Made by a program: the position numbers and the translations under genes. From Planctomycetota bacterium (GTDB lineage Bacteria > Planctomycetota > B15-G4), in assembly GCA_965248575.1 (NCBI GenBank), contig CBDFJQ010000002.1, positions 4,384,001-4,448,000 on the forward strand: a stretch of DNA of 64,000 bases. The letters are read 5' to 3'. Shown here in pieces: positions 20,441 through 30,200 of this stretch (positions are counted from its first letter, which is position 1; the number at the start of each line of letters is the position of its first letter). The notes under the pieces are model-generated. The model was not told where the DNA came from and ran no database searches. It was given only the letters and a program-made list of their open reading frames with translations.

Positions 20441-21477
20441 ATCTCGCTCGTCTTCGTCGAGGCGCTGGTGGATCTCTTGCTGCTGTCGACGGCTTTCGAC
20501 AGCCTCTCGTTCGTTCCGTCCGCCGGTGTAGGCGGTGGGTTCGGCCCATTGCAAGTGGTGCCCTCCGCGATCAACTCCCCGCGGTCGATCGATGTCGCGG
20601 ATCTCGACGGGGACGGCGACGTCGACCTCATCGTCGGCACCGCCGGCCCGAACGATCTCTACTGGTTCGAGAACATCGACGGGCAGGCGACCTTCGTGCA
20701 ACATCTGATCGGCACGGGCATTGCACCGATCTTCGCGGTGAGGCCCGGAGACATGGACGAGGACGGCGACACGGATCTCGTGGTGGCGGAAAACCGACTC
20801 GCGTGGTTGGAGAACCTGGATGGCGAGGGGACGTTCAGCAGCTTCCAGACGATCCACCCCACGGGTTTCCGAGACGTGGAGCTCGGCGACGTGGACCGGG
20901 ACGGCGACCTCGACGTCTTGGCCCGGACGACGGGGGACGCGATCCGGTACTTCGAGAACCTGGACGCTGGAAACGCGTTCGCGCCCGGAGCGCAGCCATT
21001 CGTATCCCCGGAAGGCATTGTTGATCAGCTGCTGGTCCTGGGCGAACTGGACGTGGTCTCCGGGGCCCAGAGCCTCGCCGGCCGCTGGTACGCCGCATTC
21101 ACAGCGCCTCTCCCTGGGCATACCTCGGAGGGGGCTCCCCGGGGCTCTCCGGCACGCCCTTCCTCGACGTACTCGGCTCGCTGGAGGCCGGCGAGCCGCT
21201 GGCGCTCGCGTTGACTGATGCGCCAGCAAGCACGCTGGTGCTGGCCTGGCTGTCGATCACTTCCGTGCCGTTCGATGTACTGGGCGGGACCGTCTATGCC
21301 AACCCTCCGACCTCGCAGCTGCTGCGCTCGACGGACGCGCAGGGCGCCTGGTCGCAGTCGATGACGTGGCCCGTGGTTGCCAGCGGCGTTGAGTTCTGGC
21401 TGCAGTTCATCGTGCAGGACGCGAGCGTTCTGGGGGGCCTCACACTGAGCAATGCCGTGACGGCGACCACACCCTGA
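20441..21477 (+). pseudogene. Degraded FG-GAP/VCBS repeat gene with the shared C-terminal domain
   Basis: DLDGDGDVDL...WFEN repeats with no start or signal peptide. A frameshift near 21090-21110 leads into SPWAYLGGG...SNAVTATTP. Confidence 0.75.
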
Positions 21478-21888
21478 TCCGATCCTGGAAGACGCATGCC
21501 CGGCACGCCATCGGATCATGGGGAGGGCCCTCGCCTTCGCTGGGGTTGTCTCCCTTGACCAGCAGGGCGCCCATCGGGCGAAAGTGGGAGAAGCCCGAGG
21601 GTCGCGAGGGAAGGGGCCTCAACTGGCGGTGGATAGCCTGAGCCCTCTGACCGGTGACCTCGAGATCCAGGACGCCGCTGGTGCTGACGCGTCATCCGGT
21701 CGGATGGGCCGCAGGATACGACTGCTGATGCGCCGGGTCGTCGGCCGATAAGCCCGAAGGTCCAGTCGCCCCGTCCCCGAGATCGAAGGACCCGTCTATG
21801 ATCGGTGACGGGAAACACCATTCGAGAGACCGTGCCCGACGCCGTCGGGCCGGCCGTGTGACACCCCGAATTCTCCTTCACCCATCCC

Positions 21889-24800
21889 ATGCTCGCATCC
21901 CGGTCGCTGCTGCCTTCTGCTCTCGCCATCCTGTTGCTCGTCTCCTCGGCGGCGGCGCAGGTCAGCGGCGTGTCGACCCGTGCGAAACTCCGCACCGTTG
22001 TGCCGACCTCCGGTCCGGGGCTCGGCAATCTCAACTACAGCGCCGGCGAACTGTTCCAGCCGATGAGCGTGCTGAAGAGCCCGCTCGGCCACGGGCGCCC
22101 GGCGATGGTCAAGGGCTGGTTGATGGTGGTCTACAGCCCCGACGGTTCGGGGAGCGGCACCGAGGGCGGCATCGAGTTCTGGGATGTCTCGGACCCGCGG
22201 GCTCCGGTGCTCGCCAAGCAGTACGACAACGCCAAGACGCACGGACTGCGCGAGGCGCACGGTTACGCGTTCAGTCGCGTCGCGGGCCGCAATCATGTCG
22301 TGCTCCAATCGCGACTCGGTCTGCAGTTCTGGGACGTGACCGATCCGATGCAGATATCGTTCACGGGCGAAATCGATCTGCCCGGCATTGACGGCGGCGA
22401 CTACGAGGGTGCGTGGTGGGTCACGTGGCAGCCGCCGTACGTCTACGTGGCCGGGCGTAGCCAAGGGCTGTTCATCATCGACGCCGCGGACCCGGCCCAG
22501 CCCGTGCTCGTGAACCAGGTGCTCACCGGTGCGCTCGGCGGCATCAGCCCTGGCATGGTGTATGTCGTTGGGAACTTCATGGTCCTGACGGAGGCGCAAG
22601 GCAACGGGGTGGCGACGCTCGACCTCTCGGACCCCGTCGACCCGGTGCTGTTCGAGCAGACGTCGGTGCTCAACGGCTACAGCCATCTCTTCGCCGCGGG
22701 CCTCCTGCTGACGTCCGGTGGAAACGGGTCACCCTTCCAGATGAGCGTGTCTGACGTGTCGCACACCGGGGTCATCACGCCCATAGCCTCCATCGGGAGC
22801 GGGCTGGCAAACGGCGGCTACGGTTCGTGGCAGGACGGCTTCTTCCACTCGGGCTTCTCCACGAGCGTGGCCAAGTTCGACGTCGACGCATTGACGCAGG
22901 TCGGTACCGGCACTTCCGGCATCGCCGGGCGCGACGAGGACTTCGGCGAGGTGCTGGGCAACCTGGTCTTCGCGGGCGACGACCACGGCAAGGGCTCGGC
23001 GCTCATCGTGCACGACACGCAACGCGACACGACTGGACCGGAGGTGGACTGGGTCCACCCCGAGGATGGTGCCTCGGATCTCGCGCTCACGACTCGCGTT
23101 GGGGTGTCCATGTCGGACCTGATTGACCTCGACTCCGTGCATGGCGGGACGTTCCGCCTGTCCGTCGCCGGTGGCGCGAGCGTGCCCGCCCGGCGTTCGG
23201 TCTCCCAGGGGATCGTGAACCTCTCGCCCGCACAGCCGCTCCTCCCTCAGACGACCTACGTCGTGGAGGTCGCGGGTCTTCGCGACTCGGTGGGCAACGC
23301 AGGCGGAGCTTTCTCGTCCAGCTTCACGACCGGTGACCCGATGCAGACGCTGCCGGTCGTCTCGATCGATCCGTTGACGCCGGCGCCCACCGGCAGCATC
23401 GCCGTCTTCTCGGCCTCGGCGACCGGGCCCGGCCTGCTGCTCTACAGCTGGGACTTCGGCGACGGCTCGCCGCCCTCCGCGCCCTCGACCGACGGCAGCG
23501 CGGTGCACGTTTACGCACAGCCGGGACGCTACACCGCGACCGCCATGGCGACGAATGTCTTCGGGGCTGGGTCCGCCGCCGGCGTGCAGATCGTGCACCT
23601 ACCACTGACGCCGCTCCCCCCGTCCGGTTCCGGGCCGATCGCCTTTGACGATGGCCGCGTGTTCGTCGTGAACCCGGACAACGGGACGGTCACCGCCCTC
23701 GACGCAACCACGCTCGCCGTGTCGTGGGAGTCGCCCGTCGGCAGCCAGCCGCGCACCCTCGCCCTGTCTCCCACGGGCGTACTCGTGGTCGTTCTCCAGG
23801 AAGACGCCATCGCCCGCTTTCTCGACCCGGCGACCGGGACCATCGTCGGCGGCGCGGATTTCCCGTACGGCAGTCGGCCGTTCGGCGTCGCGGTGAGCCC
23901 CGACGAGAGCGCCGCCTATGTGACGTTCCAGGCGCGGGGTGAACTCTGGAAACTGTCCTCTGCCGGGGCGGTCCTGGGCGTGACGGACCTGGGCGGGTCG
24001 CCCCGCGGTGTCGCCGTCACGGCCGACTCGCAGAAGGTGCTGGTGACGCGCTTCGTGTCGCCCAGTAGCCATGGGGAGGTGTGGCAGGTCGACGCGGCGA
24101 CCATGACTGTCGAGGCGACGCACACGCTCGCCTTCGACCCCGGGCCGGACACCGAGAACAGCGGCCGCGGCGTTCCGAACTACATCACGTCCCTGCGCGT
24201 GAGCCCGGACGGCACGCGCGTGATCATCCCGTCGAAGAAGGACAACGTGGCGCGAGGCCTGTTCGTCGACGGCCAGCTGCTGACGCACGAGAGTCGGACG
24301 CGGACCATCGTCTCGGAGCTGGATCTCGTCGCGGGCGTCGAAGACCTCTCGGCTCGCATCGACCTCGATGATCGGAACATGGCCCAAGCCGTCGCGTGGA
24401 GTCCGCTGGGCGACCTCTTCTTCGCTGCGACGCAGGGGACCAACACCGTGGAGGTCTTCGACGCGTACGCACGGACGTTTGTCGCCAGCCTGCCCACTGG
24501 GCGTGCGCCGCAGGGGCTCGTGTTCAACGGCGATGGCAGCCGACTCTTCGTGCACAACGCCATGTCGCGCACGGTGTCCGTGTTCGACACGACGGCGCTC
24601 CTGGCGGCGACGAGCAACGCGGCGCCGTTGCTGGCAGAGGTTCCGCTCGTCGCGACCGAGGTGCTCAGCCCGCAGGTCCTGCTCGGCAAGCAGTTGTTCC
24701 ATGACGCGGCCGACCCGCGCTTGTCGCTCGACGGCTACATCAGCTGCGCCGGCTGCCATCTCGATGGCGGCAGCGACGGCCAGGTGTGGGACTTCACGCA

Positions 24801-25395
24801 GTCGGGCGAAGGGCTACGCAACACGATCGACCTGTTCGGCCGCGCAGGGACGGGGCACGGCAACGTGCACTGGACCGCGAACTTCGACGAGATCCACGAC
24901 TTCGAGAACGACATCCGGGGCGCGTTCGGCGGGACGGGGCTCATGACCGACGACGACTTTGCGCTGACGAGCGTACCGCTCGGGCTACCGAAGGCCGGGC
25001 TGTCCCCGGAGCTCGATGCATTGGCGGCGTACGTGTCGTCGTTGTCAGAGTTTCCGAAGAGCCCCTACCGACCGAACGCCGGTGAGATGACGCTCGAGGC
25101 ACTCGCCGGGAAGGATCTCTTTGGTCAACTCGGTTGCTCGCAGTGCCACCCGGCGCCCAACTACACGGACGGCCTCTCGCACGATGTGGGTACGCTGCAG
25201 ACCTCCTCGGGGCCGATGACGACTGCGATCGACACGCCCACGCTGCGAGGCGTGTGGGCCTCGCCGCCGTACCTCCACGACGGGCAGGCCGCGACGCTGA
25301 GCGACGTGTTGAACAGCGCCACGCACGGCGGGACGACCGGCCTGACGATGGAGCAACGCGCACGGCTGGTAGCGTACCTCCAGCAGCTGGAGTGA
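21889..25395 (+). CDS. Secreted multidomain di-heme protein: LVIVD-like repeats, Ig-like, PKD, YVTN propeller, cytochrome c peroxidase/MauG-like domain
   Basis: Signal peptide; DVSDP..P repeats; WDFGDG; VVNPDNGTVT; CAGCH and CSQCH; HWTANFDE; DTPTLRGVW..PPYLHDG. Confidence 0.85.
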   Translation: MLASRSLLPSALAILLLVSSAAAQVSGVSTRAKLRTVVPTSGPGLGNLNYSAGELFQPMSVLKSPLGHGRPAMVKGWLMVVYSPDGSGSGTEGGIEFWDVSDPRAPVLAKQYDNAKTHGLREAHGYAFSRVAGRNHVVLQSRLGLQFWDVTDPMQISFTGEIDLPGIDGGDYEGAWWVTWQPPYVYVAGRSQGLFIIDAADPAQPVLVNQVLTGALGGISPGMVYVVGNFMVLTEAQGNGVATLDLSDPVDPVLFEQTSVLNGYSHLFAAGLLLTSGGNGSPFQMSVSDVSHTGVITPIASIGSGLANGGYGSWQDGFFHSGFSTSVAKFDVDALTQVGTGTSGIAGRDEDFGEVLGNLVFAGDDHGKGSALIVHDTQRDTTGPEVDWVHPEDGASDLALTTRVGVSMSDLIDLDSVHGGTFRLSVAGGASVPARRSVSQGIVNLSPAQPLLPQTTYVVEVAGLRDSVGNAGGAFSSSFTTGDPMQTLPVVSIDPLTPAPTGSIAVFSASATGPGLLLYSWDFGDGSPPSAPSTDGSAVHVYAQPGRYTATAMATNVFGAGSAAGVQIVHLPLTPLPPSGSGPIAFDDGRVFVVNPDNGTVTALDATTLAVSWESPVGSQPRTLALSPTGVLVVVLQEDAIARFLDPATGTIVGGADFPYGSRPFGVAVSPDESAAYVTFQARGELWKLSSAGAVLGVTDLGGSPRGVAVTADSQKVLVTRFVSPSSHGEVWQVDAATMTVEATHTLAFDPGPDTENSGRGVPNYITSLRVSPDGTRVIIPSKKDNVARGLFVDGQLLTHESRTRTIVSELDLVAGVEDLSARIDLDDRNMAQAVAWSPLGDLFFAATQGTNTVEVFDAYARTFVASLPTGRAPQGLVFNGDGSRLFVHNAMSRTVSVFDTTALLAATSNAAPLLAEVPLVATEVLSPQVLLGKQLFHDAADPRLSLDGYISCAGCHLDGGSDGQVWDFTQSGEGLRNTIDLFGRAGTGHGNVHWTANFDEIHDFENDIRGAFGGTGLMTDDDFALTSVPLGLPKAGLSPELDALAAYVSSLSEFPKSPYRPNAGEMTLEALAGKDLFGQLGCSQCHPAPNYTDGLSHDVGTLQTSSGPMTTAIDTPTLRGVWASPPYLHDGQAATLSDVLNSATHGGTTGLTMEQRARLVAYLQQLE

Positions 25396-25518
25396 GCGGC
25401 GAACTGGCTGAGGGGCCAGCGAGTGCAGCGGCGCCCGAGCGAAGGTCGGCGAGAGCCGCCGGCGCTAGTTACCGACGGTCCATCCGGCGCGCGGGCCACG
25501 CATCGTTCAGCACGCCCT

Positions 25519-26055
25519 CTAGAGCAGCTCTTCGAACAGGCGTTGCTCCAGGTCCGCGTCGCCGTGGATCCGTGCCCAGGCGCGTACATAGTCGGGCCCA
25601 TGACTCGCCTCCTGGCGACCTACGGCTTCCAGTTGCTCGATCATGCCGAGTGCCTCGAACACGCGTTTCTGGAGCACGAACACATGCAGGTGTCGTTCGA
25701 ACAGGAGCGGTTCCTGCATGCCTGCGACGATGGTGGAGGGCTGCTTGCGCAGGAGCTGGTTGACGTATTTGTGCAGCATCTCGTGGAACGTGATGGTCCC
25801 GAAGAAGAAAACGTGCAGGGGTTTGCCCTCGGCCAGGATCGGCATGTCCGCTGCCGAGGACTTCAGATACGGCAGCATGTTGATGGCCAGTGGTGTCCCC
25901 ATCGAAGGCATGCGTGGGGACAGGAAGAGCGACGCGGAGTATTCGGTCCTGACGAAGGGCGTGCCGACGACCTCGACCGCCTTGCGCAGGTAGTAGGAGG
26001 CCACCATGTTTGGTTTTGGCGGATATGTGAAGGGTGTCGACTCGCAGACCCACAT
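25519..26055 (-). CDS. Hypothetical HExxH protein, probably 5'-truncated
   Basis: FHEMLHKY motif. No convincing start; fused upstream to a different gene remnant. Confidence 0.5.
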   Translation of the reverse strand: MWVCESTPFTYPPKPNMVASYYLRKAVEVVGTPFVRTEYSASLFLSPRMPSMGTPLAINMLPYLKSSAADMPILAEGKPLHVFFFGTITFHEMLHKYVNQLLRKQPSTIVAGMQEPLLFERHLHVFVLQKRVFEALGMIEQLEAVGRQEASHGPDYVRAWARIHGDADLEQRLFEELL

Positions 26056-26071
26056 CGCCGAACAAGTCGTC

Positions 26072-26182
26072 GCCTTCGCTCATCTTCTTGAGACCCAGGC
26101 CATAGGTGGGGGCGCGATCCCCGAGGCGAACAACTTCCGTCGCGTCTGCGTGGATGGCTGTGATGATCTTGCGGAGCTGTTC
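26072..26182 (-). pseudogene. DUF1801/YdhG-like N-terminal remnant
   Basis: LRKIITAIHADATEVVRLGDRAPTYGLGLKKMSEG, then an abrupt break. Confidence 0.5.
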
Positions 26183-26286
26183 TGAAGCGTTCGGCTCGGG
26201 TGTCCAGGGACCCTTCACGGCCATTGTCGGCGGGCCTGGACTGCGCAACGCTGACCTCGACAACAACATCTTCAACCTCAACCCGC

Positions 26287-27186
26287 TCAGGAGCTGGCCG
26301 GCGCGGCCGGCGCGGGCGGCGCCAGGAAGTTCAGGAGCTGGATCGGCGCGACCTGGGCCGCACGCGACCGGAGGTACCAGAAACCCTCCCACGGCGGCGT
26401 GGAGCGGATCCTCTTCGAGTAGGTGATCTTGCGATCCGGGAAGATCAGGCCGTTGTTCGTCTCGATCTCGATGGCCGAGGCTCGGGTGTACTGGTATCTG
26501 CGGAACGCGAGGAGCTTCGGATCCTCCCCGGGCCTGGCGATCAGGGGGCTCCACGGCTTTCGAAAGGGCCAGTCATGCTGGACGACGCCGGTCCTGAAAC
26601 TCCATCGGGGTCGCGTCGCCAACACGCGCCCGACGCTTACGCCGCCCGGGAGCCCGAGCGCCGTGACCTCCAGGAACTGCCCCTGCTCCAACCAGCTGCC
26701 CGTGCCCACGTGGATGTGGTACTGGCCCTCCCGGAGAGGCAGCTCTGCCCAGTTCAATGCCGCACTGCGGTGTGTCTTCTTCTCAGGGCGCCCGAAGTAC
26801 TCGTAGATCTCGTACTCGTACAGCCGCGTTGCGCCCTTCGGGGGCTTGCGACGTGGGCCCAGGTAGATCCCCTGCCCGCCCGGCACGACCTCCAACCCGG
26901 TCATCTTCCGCTTGGCGTCGTGCACCGGGAGGAGCGACAGCGTGATCCCCGTTGGGATGCTCACGTTGAGCTCCGAGTGCTTCACGCCGCGCGCCAGGGC
27001 GGCTCGTTCCAGGTTGATCCAGTTGGTCCTCGCCTGCTCGAACTCGGGGTCGACCGGCGCCCTGCCAGTCCTGGGGGCACCAAGCGTTCCGCCGGCTCGC
27101 CCATCGTTCGACGTCCCCGTGTCCGGGTTGAACGTCTTCGACCGTTCGGCGGCCGCCTCGTCCTTCTTGACCCCGGGTGCGCCCAT
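26287..27186 (-). CDS. Hypothetical 299-aa basic beta-rich protein, operon partner of the 1290-aa protein
   Basis: GGGAGGT SD, ATG ~20 nt after the upstream stop, no signal peptide. Confidence 0.75.
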   Translation of the reverse strand: MGAPGVKKDEAAAERSKTFNPDTGTSNDGRAGGTLGAPRTGRAPVDPEFEQARTNWINLERAALARGVKHSELNVSIPTGITLSLLPVHDAKRKMTGLEVVPGGQGIYLGPRRKPPKGATRLYEYEIYEYFGRPEKKTHRSAALNWAELPLREGQYHIHVGTGSWLEQGQFLEVTALGLPGGVSVGRVLATRPRWSFRTGVVQHDWPFRKPWSPLIARPGEDPKLLAFRRYQYTRASAIEIETNNGLIFPDRKITYSKRIRSTPPWEGFWYLRSRAAQVAPIQLLNFLAPPAPAAPASS

Positions 27187-27205
27187 CGTCAGACCTCCCT
27201 TGCCG

Positions 27206-30200
27206 TTACCGGCCGTCGCCGCTGCCGGGGTCCATCGACAGCTCGGTGACGCCCTCCGGAACCTTCGGGAAGAACACGCGTGCCGCCGTCTGTGCCCGTT
27301 GGTGTTCGACCTCCGAGCGCTGCTTCTGCGTCTCGATCTCCCGCCGTTCCTCGAGGTAGCGCTCGGTGGCCGGCTGGCCACCCACCTCGGCGTCCATGAA
27401 GTAGGAGCCCGTGTTCACCGTCTCCGACTGGGGCTCAAGCAGGTCCACTTCGTGGAAGCGGAACGAGCGGCCCTTGAGGTGTGCAAGCGCCTCGCGGAGG
27501 GGGCCGACGAGGTTCTGTTCCAGCGACTTGCCCGCGTCCCACTCACTCCACTCGTTGGTGAGGTTCAGCAGGCTCAAGAGCTCGAGGTCCACCGGGGCTG
27601 CATCCGTGATCCGGAGAACGTCCTTCCCGGACTGCGGCGCCATCTCGAAGCGCGTGTATGTCTTGATGACTTGTCGAGCCACGATGGCCGAGAGCAGCGC
27701 CACGCGCGCGTCCCGCTCGTCCATGTTGCACAGGATCTTGCCGAACTCCTCCAGCTGGAAGACGCGCGTGTCCGTGAGGTCGCCGCCCTTGACCAGTTCG
27801 ATGCCCGGGTCGACCACCACCTGCACGTCGGCGAGGTGCGTCCTCGTCTCGTAGAGATTCTGCACCTGGAAGAAGTGGTAGTTCATCGTGCGACCGGCAT
27901 TTGGATTGGACAGCTGCACCGTCTCCTTCTCGGCGTTCGTCTCCTCGTAGTCGGTGACGCTGAGCATGGAGAACGACACCTTGTTCTCTGCCGACGCCTC
28001 GCTGGCCACCTTCCTCAACCGGTTCGCGATGCTCTTCTTGACCGTCTCCTTCGACTCCTCGTTCGACTTCTGGCTCGTCTGGTGGCGGGTGATCGTCAGC
28101 GCGTCGGACTTCACGTCCTTGTTGATGTCCGAGGTCTCGCTCCCCGCCTTCCAGCCCACCTGCGCGCCAAGCGATCGCGACTTGCCCCGCTTGCCGTCGT
28201 ACTTCGTCGTCTCCTTGTCGCCGCCGTCTCCTTGGTCGATGTTCTCGTAGCTGGCCGTCTCCTCTTTCGACTTCGAGATGTTCCCGGTGAGGTCCATCGC
28301 CACGGACAGCGAGTCCGTCTTGCGATGCTCGTCGGTCAGCACGCGTCCTACCGTCTGTTTCCGGCCGTCGATCTCCTTGAGCGACGACTTGGACGCGTTG
28401 CGGTTCTTCTCGGTGAACGCGTCCTCGAGCCGTTCCTCGAACGACGCCGTCATCTTCCGACGCGTCACGGTGGACCGCTCCTCCTTGGTCGACATCTTCT
28501 CCGCGAGACGGGTCCGCTTCTCGATGACCAGCTCCTTCTCCTCGCCCGGGAACAGGTTCACGGAGCGGCTCAGCTCGCCGAGGCAGAAGCCCTTCCACAC
28601 GATGTCCGTGCGGTAGGTCTCCACGAACGCGATCGAAGGGAGCTGCGCCAGGCGCGTGGAGCGCGCGGGGTTCACCACGGCATTTTGCACCTCGGGTTGG
28701 ACCCGCCCGAGCCGATCGAAGACCGGCAGCAGCAGCACCACGACGTGGGGAAGCGAGGACGCCGACTCCACGAAGTCGAGGATCGGCTGGCCCTCGTTGG
28801 TGGTGTACCCGTCGCCGTCGAACTCCACGGTGTAGACCTTGGCGAGGTCGCCCTCCCCTTCGATCTCTGCGAGCAGGTCCATGAGCGGGTCGGCGTTGGG
28901 GTCCACCACGCGCTCGGCATCGATCTGCGACTCGATGACGTCGGACCGGTTCCATGCGTCGAGGAACTGGAGCCGCGCCTGGTGCAGTCCGTTGTCCACC
29001 AGGTCCTGCCGTTGATGGGTCAGCCCCACGCTCGTGTTGGACAGGACGGCGACCTGGCCCGCCAGCTTGGCCTCCTCCTGGGGTAGGAGCACATTGATGT
29101 GGTGGTCACAGATGGACATGCCGACGGCGAAGAAGTTCCGGATCTCCGCGTCTTTGTGCATGTCGTAGTAGATGTCCTGCCGGTTGCCGATCCAGATGTC
29201 CCCGATGCCCGGCTCGAACCAGGCACGCGGACGGAAGAGCGGCACCGTCTCCACGCGGATCTGGTAGCCGTGGGTCCAACCGAATCCCTCATAACGGTCG
29301 ATCTCGACCTGGTAGTCGGAGCCGCTCGACGAGAACGTGTACAGGAACTCGTGGATGCCCTGCGCGTGGCTGGACAGCCAGTCGCGGAACCGGTCGTTGT
29401 TCTGAGGTCCGCTCCCGGAACCATCCACCGGGTAGTCGGCCCATTGGAAGTACGGGAACTGCAGTTGTGCGTCCTGGAGGATCTGGCGCACGTCCCGCCA
29501 CCGCTCCGTCGAGTTCTCGATCTCGTCCTTCTGCTTCAGGAGCTGTGAGACGGTGTTGTCGGTGGTCTCGATCTCCGCGTCGAGGGCCGAGAGATCGCCG
29601 GCGATGGACGCCAGGAAGGCGTCCTGGCTCGACACCCGCGTGCGCGCGGCCGAGAAGCTGGCGGTGGACTGGTCGGAGAGACGCCCCGACAACCCGTCGC
29701 CGAGGGCTGTATCGATGTCGCTCCAGGTCTTGGAGTCCGAGACGTCCTTGCCGCCCGTGGGTATCGGTTTGAAGTCGGCGAAGCCGCGCACGCCTCCCAG
29801 CACCTGGAAGTCGTATCCGAGGTCCTTGAGTTCCTGCGGAACCTGGGCCGGATCCTCACGCACCAGGAACCCGCCGACGCGCATCTCCTGGACCAGCACG
29901 TTGCGCTCGGCGACGAGCCCCTCGAGCTTGTCGTGTGCCAGGAGGTAGCGCTTGCGGATCTCCATGATCTTGCGGTCGTGCTCGTCGACCCGGTTGATCC
30001 ACGCCTCGCTGGCCGAGGTCGGGTCGAGTTCCGTCGAGGCCTCGTCGTCGGCGGGAGCCGGGACGTCGTCCTTCACGACGTCCGCCGGGTACACGCCGGC
30101 GCTTTCCAGGTCGTCCAGTAGCTGGCTTCGGCGCTTGACCTCGAGTTTGGACAGACGGATCGCGTCATCGAGGTTCTTGAGTTCGCGGTACCAGCGCTTC

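Noticed and set aside
26912..29086. 724-aa plus-strand ORF (also 15409-17265, 51344-53473, 7074-8255 and similar)
   Set aside because: These are antisense shadows of well-supported genes, expected at high GC, with no recognisable motifs.
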